64,000 nucleotides of DNA from Octopus sinensis. Lineage: Eukaryota. The stretch lies in the NCBI RefSeq assembly GCF_006345805.1, contig NC_043002.1, positions 46,128,001-46,192,000 on the forward strand. Direction: 5' to 3'. How positions within the stretch are numbered: the stretch's first letter is position 1; every line of letters begins with the position of its first letter. The notes beneath the pieces were generated by a model, which was not told the origin of the DNA, ran no database searches, and was given only the letters and a program-made list of their open reading frames with translations. Of the stretch, positions 50,401 through 62,400 are shown one piece after another. The translations under genes were made by a program, and so were the position numbers.

Positions 50401-53400
50401 CAGAAATATCTACATGCACGTCTACTGCAGAAATATTTTCCAATCTTTCACAAGGATCTATTTTACAAACAAGGCAAATCACAAAATTCTTAGGCAAAAA
50501 ACATGTGACATCAACTAGCATAACAAAGTTTAGAGGGGAAAGACCTCGTTATAAAGTATATGATATACAAACAACACTTAGTGTAACAACTATATCAGCA
50601 GCTACTGACTTATTAACAGGATTAGCAAGTTCACTGGATACTGTTGACATTCTAACTGACTATATAATGGGATCAGCTAAAAGTTTGATACCTAGATTAA
50701 TATTAACTGAAGCTAGAAGTAGAAGTAGATCAATAGATATAACAAGTAAATCATTTGCTATTGACATAATAAATGGATCAATGATTACTGATATAACAGC
50801 TAGATCCTGGGTTATTGATATAAGAACCGGATTATTAAGTTCTGGAGATGTAGCTGGACCAACTGATGCCTCAGTCCCTAGAATAATGGCTGATAAGATA
50901 ACTAGATCACAAACTATGATTTTAACACCAGGTTTGGTGCTAGCTAACCTAACTAAATTGAAAAATACTACTAACTTAATATCTGAACTGAAAACTACTG
51001 ACATATATAGCATAATTTCTTCTATGATAACTGGATCAACAGATATTGACATAGTAATTAAATTGAGAGGTACTGATTATATAACAACACCACAAGTTAC
51101 TGGATCGATGTCTACTGATATAAGTAGAGTAGAAACTACTAGGTTTATACATGGATTGCAATCTGACATAACTGGTACAATTACAACTGATATAATAATT
51201 CCACCAATGGTTATTGATATACTAAACAGATCAGTTACTGATAGATACAGCATTACAAGAATGAGTACATTTACAACTAATGTTACATTAACTGGATTAG
51301 TTTCATCTGAACCAATTACACCTGAAGAGACAATATCTAAAGTTACTGATGATATGATAATAGAACTGCTTACTACAGACACAGTATCTGTACCTCCTAG
51401 AAGACTTGTAACAGCTAAAGCTGTGACTCAGTTTACCACAGCAGGATCAGATGTCATTAGCACAATAACAATAAGATCTTTTATAACACAAGTTGCAGTA
51501 TCAATCAGAAAAGACATGATTGAAAGTGTTGTTACTGATTATACATTGATTGAGTCTGGTATTAACATTACAGAAATTTATTCACTTGCTGTTGAAGGTG
51601 TAGTTACTGACTCAATATTTTCCAAAGAATTGAAAATAAAAGTAGGTTTACTACCTGAATTCACTGCTACAAAAGATAGAGCTTTGGTTCTCTATGATGG
51701 CATAAGCACAAGATTAATTGCTAAAAGAGACACTATGAGCATAAAAGTCACATCTTTTGTGGGATCCAAGCCTTTTGACTCAGGTGATAAAACAATAGGA
51801 AATACAGTTAGTGATACAATAATGAAATCAGTTATAACTGGATCTGTTCCTTTTGCACATGTCACAAGAGAATCTATTGCATATGATGATAGGAAAATCC
51901 TCACCGACTTCAGTGATGTATTAATTAGATCGAAAGACTTTCATGAAGCAACAACAGAATCTATAACAACAGAACATAATATTTCTCAGAAAGTGATAAC
52001 AAAGGGAATTGCTGTCGATACCAAAATCATTGAATCTAAAATCTCACATGATACAACAATGCAGAGTTTAGTCTTTGATAATATAACAAAGGAATCAACA
52101 ATATTTTATCAAATGATGAAAGAAGTAAATATTTCTAAAGCTGTAACAAAGAAATCTATTATCTCTGATGAGGTAACAACATATATCATATCTGATAATG
52201 GAACAATGGTAGCTGTCACATCTGACAAGTTAACAGTAAAATCTAGCCTTCTTGCTAATGTAACCCCAGAATTCACCATTTCTCATAAGACAACAGTAAC
52301 ATCCACCCTTATTGATAGTATAACAAAGGAATTTACTATTACTGATGATGTAAGAAAAGCATTCATTATTTTTGATAATTTAACAACATTTATTACTCCT
52401 GATTATGTAAGCTTAAAGCATATAGCTTTTGACAACATAACAATGTATTATATAGGTTCTGAAAATGTAACATTAGAATATAGAGTATCTGATGATGGAT
52501 TAATGACACTTATTGGAACAAGTGATCATGTAAAACTAATATCTAAGCATTCTAATGATAGTACAATTAAATCCATTGATTCTGATGATGTAAAAATAAT
52601 TTCTGATGAATTAACAGTTGCACCCTTAGTTTTCACTGGGAGAGTAATAGAGACTAGTTCCTCTGGTGATGGAAAAATTGGTTCTATACTCTTTACTGAA
52701 CTATCTTTGAGACCTGTAGACTCTGACAATGCAACTATAGCATCTGTAATATCTGATGAAGCAATAACTGGATTGATAATTCCAGATCATAAAATTTTGA
52801 GATCTGACTACACATCAAAGACAACTCTTCATATTCATGATGTAAAACCAAGGACTCTTGTTTCTGGTAAGGTAAAAGTTAAAACTCAAGTGGTAACTAA
52901 AGCCATACACTTTGATGCTATATCAAAGCAATTTCTTGTTAGTGGCGATATAACAAACAGATCTTTAATCAGTGATCATAGAACAAGATATCTACATAGA
53001 GACAATACAACAGCACAGTTTCTAGTGAGTGATGACCTAACAACAAGATCTTTAGCCAAAGATGATATATTAACATCAAGATTTAAAATCATTGTTGATG
53101 AAGAACTAATAACAAAGTTTCAAATCGATCATGATGTCACAAGTTCTCTGCTTAGTGACCATATAATATGGTCTCTAGTGAGTGCCAATATAACAAATTC
53201 TCTAATTAAAGTTGAGGTAACAATGAGATCTATATTTGGAGATTATGTAACACAGAAGTCTAGAGTTGATGATGATGCAACAAGATTTCTTGCTGAGGAT
53301 GACAATATAACAATGAGATTGTCTTTGGTCAGTGATGATGAAAAAAAAGCATCTGTTGACTCAGTCGATGAACATATGGGCTCTACTCTCTTAGCTATTG

Positions 53401-56400
53401 CAACAGTTGAATTTACAATCCCCCATGATGCAACAAGGAAAGATATAATTTCTACAGAAATACTCTCTGATAATGAAACAATTAAAGAACCTGTATCAGA
53501 AGATGTAACAATGACATCCATGTTCACTCAGGATGTAACAGCAATAACCACATTTTCTGATTATGTAACAATGCAACCTACAATATTTAATGATACAATA
53601 ATGAATAGTACCATATATGATGATGTTATAACAGGATCTGTAACATCTGACAAAACAATGGAACTCATGGTCTTCGAAGAAGTGACATCAAAACATACAG
53701 TTTTTGATGATATAACAATTGACTTTAATGCTACAATGAGATCCACAGCTTCTGATGATGTAGCAACGATATTTTCACTAACAGATGATACAGCAATAAT
53801 ATCCACAGTTTCTGATGATATAGCAATCAAATCTAAATTTGATGTCAAAACAACAAAGTACATAGTATCTCGTGACATAAGAGGACAATCCAAAGTCTCT
53901 GGTGGTGTAGCAACGAAGTTCATAATTTCTGGTGATGTAACAATGAAATCTACAGACCATGATGATGATAGTATCACAAAAATATCCACTTTCATTCAGA
54001 TTGTAACAATGAGAACTATAGTTTCTTTTAAGGCTACAAGGAAATTTCCATTACCTCATGACATAACAAAGAAATCTACTGAATCTATGACAATAAAATT
54101 CAGGGTCTCTGATGTAAGGAGTTACACGGTCTCTGATAATGTAACCACTAAATTCACATACTCTGATGAAACAAAAATTATAAAAATGGGATTGGTAATA
54201 TTTGATAATATGACATTTAGATCCTCTAGCATTAGAGCAATACAATTTGTGGATTCTGAAAATGTTACTGCTCATACTATTGCCTCTGATGATCTAACAT
54301 TTGGGTCTATTTTCTCTGATGAGATCATAAGTGAATCTGTTGTTTTTAGTCATGTGACAACAGGATATATTTTACCGGAAGATATAACAGATGCAATTGG
54401 TTGGGATTCTAAAGCAGGAGAATTAGTTACTAAGAAAGATGTGGTAACAAAACAAACATTCATTGACTTATCAACTGTGACTTTTAATGTTTCAAGTATA
54501 TTGACTACGATGGGTGATTCAGTCACCACATTTGTTGTTTTAGAAAGTTCTATAACTACAACCATTGCTACTGATGATTATATTACAATAAGTGTTGCCA
54601 TAAATGATTCATTTGCTGTGGCTACTACTACAGATGACTCAATCACTAAGACTGTTTTTATAAATGGTTCTACCATTGCTGTAATTGAGTCAGTTAACAA
54701 GTCTGCTTCTATGGAGGATTCAGTCCCCATGCTTGTTGATAAAGATGATTCAGTGAATCAGTCAGTAGCTACAGATGCTTCTATAGCCATAACAGCTATC
54801 ACTGATGATAGAGCAGGACTAATCATTAGAGAGCATTCAAAGGTGCCATCAAGTGTGGAAGACGATGATACAATATCTACAACAGTTCAGACTAGCGTTA
54901 AAATAATTATATTAACTACTTATGGTATTGTAACAAGAGACACAGTAGTTGATGATCGCACATTAAAATCACTTGCAACTGACCCCCAAATGACGAGAGT
55001 ATCTGCAACTGATTATATAAAATCTTCAGTAATTACAGACAAGTTAATCATTGGTTTAATTACTGCTAACAAGACACTATATGTGTCAGATGCTACTGAG
55101 GAGGTGGTGTATAAGCCAGTGGTTATTGATGTAATGATATCCAGACCAGTTACTACAGGTATGACAATATATAAATTAATTGGTAGTGATGTCATAACAT
55201 ATAGAACAATTCTATCTGATGTAGTGACTCACAAAACAATTGATATTAAAAATAAAACAACTCAATCACTCAGTACTCATGAAGTAATGTACCAGCCTTT
55301 GACTATTAATGTAACAATATATAGACCAGTTATTCCTTATACTGCGTTGAATAAAACAGTTGGCATTGATGATAAAGTAGGTGGGTCTCTTGCTACTGAT
55401 TTAATAATATACAGATCACTTGCAATTGATACAATCATTGTTACAGATGTGGTAACAAGTAAACAAAATGGTACTGTTCTCCTAACATATAGACCACTTG
55501 CTTTTGATTTTGTGACATACAGACCAGGTGTTACAGAGGATACAGTGGATAAACTATTTGTCACCCATGTGATTACATATAAACTAATTACAACTGATGT
55601 TGTAACATACAGACCAGCTGTTACTGGGAAGAAAGTTGATGCACCACTTGTCACTTACCTGGTAATATATAGAATGGTTGTTACTGATAAGCCTGTTGCT
55701 ACTAATAAAACAGTATATAGATCAACTACCACTAATTTGGTAATACATAAAACCGTTACCACAGAGATGTTGATGCATATACCATCAGTTGCTGACGTGA
55801 AAGTATATAGACTAGAAGCTATTAGTGATGTAGTGGTTCAAGCAACTACTACAGGTCATGTAGTGATTGAGCCAACCACTACTGGTGATATAGTGGTTCA
55901 ACCAACGGCTACTGGTGTAGTTTTGTATAAACCAGTTGTTATTGTTTCAGTAACGTATAAACCAGTAGTGACTAGTATTGTAATATATAGATCAATATCT
56001 ATTGATGTGATGGAATATACATCAGTTACGTCTGATAAAACCATACATGAACCAGTTGTTATTGGTGGAATTGATGAAGCTGAAGATATGTCAGCTACTA
56101 CAGATGAAGTCAAACCAAGATCAGTTGCTGCCCTCAAAGTTGTATCCGGTTTGATCAAAAGCAATGAAACAATATCTAGATTGCTCACCACAAACAAAAG
56201 TGTATCTGAATCAATTTCAAGCACTGAAACACTATCAGGAATAATTGCCACAGATGAAACCGGTACAGAATACAAAACTATTGCAGGTTTGGGTGTCACA
56301 GTTAAAGGAACATCAAGATTAGTTGCTACTGATAGAGTAATATCTCATTTGATTGACTCTGATAGAGCAATATCTACTTTAGCTGCAACTGGTAAAACAA

Positions 56401-59400
56401 TAACTGGTTCAACTGGTATGGATAAAGTATCATCTAGATTATTCACCTCTATCGAAACAATGTCAGTCACCACTGAAGAATCAATATATGGATCAGTTGA
56501 TGAGGCTGAAACTATATCTGTATCAACAATTGACACAGATATAGCAATATATAAATCAGTTGATGATGTTAAAACTGTATCTGTATCAATGATTGCTACT
56601 GATGTAGCAATATCTGACTTGGTTGATTCTGATGAAGCAATAAGTGTAACTGCTATCACAGTTTCCCCTGATGAAGTAGTATCTGTATCAATTCACACTG
56701 AAACAATATTTGGATCAATTGAGACAATGCCTCATGCAGTTGTTGTCAAGGAAACAGCACTGGTATCAGCTATAACTATCAAAACAAAAATTGAACCAAT
56801 TGCTTCTGATGAGGGATTAGTTACCATTGATGAATTAGTATATGGGCCACTTGCTACTAATTTGATTAAATATAGACCAGTTGCTACTGATGTTACAATA
56901 TATAGACCAGCTCTTACTGGTGCTACAATATATAGACCAAGTACTACCGATGTTACAATCTCTAAATCAGTTGTTACTGATGTTACAATATATAGACCAG
57001 CTTTTACTGATGCTACAATATATAGACCAAGTACTACCGATGTCACAATCTCTAAACCAGTTGTTACTAATGTTACAATATATAGACCAGCTCTTACTGG
57101 TGCTACAATATATAGACCAAGTACTACCGATGTTACAATCTCTAAACCAGTTGTTACTGATGTTACAATATATAGACCAGTTGTTACAAATGTTACAATC
57201 TATAAACCAGCTGATACTTATGTTACAGTATATAAACCAGTAGCTACAGATGTTACAATCTATATACCAACTGCTACTCAAGTTACAGTCTATAGACAAA
57301 CTGCTACTGTTGTAACAACCTATACACCAGTTGCTACTAATGAAACAGCCTATAGACCAACAGCTAGTGATGTTAGAATCTATAGACCAGTCTTTTCTGA
57401 TGTTACAATTTATAGACCAGATGTTACTGATGTTACAACATATGCACCAGCTATTACTGATGTTACAATCTATAAACTAGCTGCTACGGATGTTACCATC
57501 TATAGTCTAGCTGCTATTGATGCTACAGTCTATAAACCAGATGTTACCGATGTTACAATCTATAAAGCAGATGCTATTGATGTTACAATGTATAGCCCAA
57601 CAGCTAGTGATGTTACAATCTACAGACCAGATACTACTGATGTTACCGTCTATAGACCACCTACTACTGATGTTACAATATATAGACAAACAGCTACTTA
57701 TATTACTGATGTTTCAATCTACACACCAGCTGTCAGTGATGTTTCTATCTATAGGCAAGCAACTACTAATGTTACAAGCTATAAACCAGCTGCTACTGAT
57801 GTTACTGATGTCACAATCTATAGATCAAATGCTACTGATGTTACAATATATAGACCAGCTGCTACTGATGTTATAATCTATAGACCAGCTGCTATGGATG
57901 TTACCATCTATAGACCAGCTGCTACTGATGTTACAATCTCTAGACCAGCTACTTCTAATGTTACAATCTATAAAGCAGATGCTACTAATGTTACAATATA
58001 TAGAACAGCAGCTAGTGATATTGCAATCTACAAACCAGATACTACTGGTGTAACTCTTTATAGACCACCTACTACTGATGTTACAATCTATAAACAAGCT
58101 GCTACTAATGTTACTGATATTACAATCTATAAACCTGTAACTGCTGATGTTTCAATCTACAGGCCAGCTGTTACTGATGTTACAACCTATAGATCTGCTA
58201 CAACTAATGTTACAATCTATAAACCAGCTGCTACAGATGCTACAATTTATATGCCAGATGCTACTGATGTTACAATCTATATATCAGCTGCTACTGATGT
58301 TACAGTCTATACACTAGCTGATTCTTATGCTACTGATGTTACAATCTATAGATCAAATGCTACTGATGTTACAATCTATAAACCAGCTGCTACTGATATT
58401 ACAATCTATAGACCAGCAGCTACTGATGTTACAAGCCACAGATCAACTGTTACTGATGTTACAATCTATAGACCAGTGGTTACTTATATATCAACATTTA
58501 GAACAATTGTTAAAGATGAAAAGGAATATGGACCAGTTATTACTTCTGATGACAAAGTAATATATAGATTTATTGATGGCATGTTATATGGAACAGATAT
58601 GTATGAGATCACATATAGATCACCTGCATTTAATGAGACAAAGTCCAGGTCAACTGCCATTGATAAGAAAATATATAAGCCATTTGCTACTAAGAGTATA
58701 ATTTATAGATTAGTAGTGACAGATCAAACATCATTTGAAACTAATGATACTGATGTTACTGATGAAGACATAAGAAAATTAATCACTAGTGACTATGTGT
58801 TAGAAAGTGGTCAAGTTAAAGATTATCTATCAGTTACTTCTGAAGTAATAATGGTTCATTCAACCACTTCAAAGGATACAACATACAGCCGAAATGTTAC
58901 AGTCAAAGCAAAATATAAAAAAGTTATTACTGATGAAACAATACATGGTACAGTTACCACTGAGGAGGCCACATACAACCTGGTATTGCCTGGTGCAATT
59001 GTTCCTGGTACAATTGTTTCTAGTACAATTGTTTCAAATAAAACAATATCTGGCATGGTTGTTACAAATGAGACAATACCTGGTACAGTTGCTAAAGATA
59101 TGATAATAACTAGCACAGTTATTGCTGATCAAACTATATCTAGCACAGTTTCTACAGATGAGACAAAATCTGGTAAAATGGTTATTAATGAGACAATACA
59201 TAGTACAGTGACTATGGATGAAAGAATAACTGGTTTAGTAGCTATAGATAAGATGATGTCTGATAAAATTGTCACTAAACAGACAATATCAGGTGAAGTT
59301 GTTACTGATGAAATGATAACTGGCACAGTTGCTATAGATGAGATAATATCTGGGACAATTGCTACTGATATGATATCTGGGACTGTTGCTATAGATGGGA

Positions 59401-62400
59401 TAATACTTGGCACAGATGAAATAATACCTGGTGCAGTGGCTACAGATGAGATAATACCTGACACGCCTACTACAGGTGAGATAATACCTGGCATACCTAG
59501 TACAAAAGAGATAATAACTAGCATACCTGCTGCAGATGAGACAATACCTGTCATACCTGCAACAGATGAGATAGTACCTGGCATACATGCTACAGATGAG
59601 ATAATATCTGGTCCATCTGCTATAGATGGGATAATACTTGTTGCACCTGCTACAGATAAGATAATATCTAGTACTCCTACTACAGATGAGATAATATCTG
59701 GCACATCTGCTACAGATGAGATAATAGTTGGTACATCAACTACAGATGGAATAAAATTTGGTACATCTGCTACAGATGAGATAATACCTGGAATACCTGC
59801 TATAGATGATGTAATACCTGGGACACTTGCTACAAATGAGATATCTGGCATGCCTACGAGAGTTAAGATAATATCTAGCACACATGACACAGATGAGACA
59901 CTACTTGATGCAGTTGCTATGGATGAGACACTCCCTGCCAAAATTGTTACTAATTACACAGGACGAGATGCAGTAGCTACAGATGACATAACATTAGGTA
60001 CAGAGGCTACAAATGAAACAATACCTGGTACACTTGCTGCTTATAAGACAATGCCCATTACACTTGCTACTGATATGAAAAGCTATGGTACAGTTACTAT
60101 TAATGAGGCAATGTCTGGTGTAGCAACAACAGATGAGATGATATCTAGTGTTGGTGACACAAATGAGACAATACAAAGGACAGTTGCTACTGATGATACA
60201 ATATTTCACACTGATGTTACTGTTGAGACAGCAGCTTCTACACTTGCTCCTGATGACACAACACAAGGCACAGATGCTGCTGATGAAATAATACTTAGCA
60301 CAGATGCTACAGATGGTACAACACTTGGAAGTTTTACTACTAATGAAGTAACAGCTAGCACAGTTGCTACTGATGAGAAAATGGCAATATCTAGAATATC
60401 TACAATTCAGGAAGCAATATGTTATGCAGTTACTACAAATAAGATGGCACTTCACACAGATGTTATTCATAAAACAATTCTTGGCACAGCCATTACTGCT
60501 TTCACAACATCTGATTGGCTTGTAGCTACAGATAGAACAATGACTTGTACAGCTGCTACAAGTAAGACATTGCCAGGTAGAATTGTTACAGATGAGATAA
60601 CATCTGGCATAGTTACTACAGATGAGACAATGCCTAGCACATTTACAACAGATGAGATAATTACTAGCACAGTTGCATCAATTAAGACCAGGACTGGTAC
60701 AGTTCTTACGGACGAGATAATACCTGACATATTTGGTACTGTTGAGAATCTAACTAGCAGAGTTGTTACTAATGAAAAAAGGTATGATACAGTTGTTACT
60801 GATGAAATACTACGTGCCACAGCCATGACTAATGTGACACTACCTGGTATAGCTACTACTAATGAGACACTACCGAGCACAGCTGTAACTGATGTGATGC
60901 TAGCTGGTACAGCTGTTACTAATGAGGCACTACGTGACACAGCTGTTATTGATGAGATACTACCTGGCACAGCTGTCACTAATTGGACACTCCCTGGCAC
61001 AGCTGTGACTGATGTAATGCTACTTGGCATAGCTGTTACTAATAAGACATTACCTAGTACAGTTGTGACTGATGTGATGCTACCTGGCACAGCTGTTACA
61101 GATGAGACACTACCTGGCATAGCTGTGATTGATAAGACACTACCTGGCAAGGCTGTTACTAATGAGACACTACCTGGCACAGCTGTGACAGAGACACTAC
61201 TTGGCATATCTGTTACTGATGAGACACTATCTGGCACAGTTGTTTCTGATGAGACACTACCTGGCACAGCTGTTACAGATGTGATACTACCTGGCACAGC
61301 TGTTACTGGTGAGACATTACATGACATAACTGTAACTAATGAGACACTACCTAGCACAGCTATGACTGATGTGATGCTACCTGGCATAGTTGTTTCTGAT
61401 GAGACACTACCTGGCACAGCTGTTACTGATGAGATACTGCCTGGATTAGTTGTTACTGATGTGATGCTGCCTGGTGCAGCTGTAACTGGTCAGACACTAC
61501 CTGGCACAGTTGCGACTGATGTGATGCTACCTGGCACAGTTGTTACTAATACGACACTACTTGGCCCAACTGTGACAGAAACACTACCTAGCACAGCTGT
61601 GGCTGACGTGATACTAACTGGCACAGCTGTTACTGATGTGGTACTAATTGGCACAGCTGTGACTAATGAAACACTACATAGCAAGGCTGTTACTAATGAG
61701 ACACTACCAAGCACAGCTATGACTGATGTGATACTACCTGGAAAAATTGATGTGACACTAACTGGTACAGACGTTACTGATGAGACACTACCTGCCACAG
61801 CTGTGACTGATGAGATACTACCTGGCACAACTATTACTAATGAGACATTACCTAGCACAGTTGTGACTGATGTGACGCTACCTGGCACAGCTGTGACAGA
61901 GACACTACTTGGCATATCTGTTACTGATGAGACACTACCTAGCACAGCTGTGACTGATGAGACACTACCTGGCACAGCCGTTACTGATGAGACACTACCT
62001 GGCACAGCTGTAACCAATGAGACACTACCTGGCACAGCTGTGACTGATGTGTGGCTACCTGGCACAGCTGTTACAGATGAGACACTATCTGGCACAGCTG
62101 TGACAGAGACACTACTTGGCACAGCTGTTACTGATGTGATACTACCTGGTACAGCTATGACTGAAGAGACATTACCTGGCACAGCTGTAACTAATGAGAC
62201 ACTACCTGGCACAACTGTAACTGATGAGATACTGCCTGGAATAGTTGTCACTGATGTGATGCTGCCTGGCACAGCTGTGACTGATGTAATACAACCTGGC
62301 ACAGTTGTTACTAATGTGACAATACCTCGCACAAATGTGACTGATATGAAGCTACATGGTAGAGCTGTGACTGATGAGACACTATCTGGCATAGCTGTAA

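Noticed and set aside
8375-55200. Numerous 60-150-aa Val/Ile/Ser-rich minus-strand ORFs
   Set aside because: Expected antisense by-products of a biased sense ORF (ACA/ACT/GAT codons); no domain similarity recognised.
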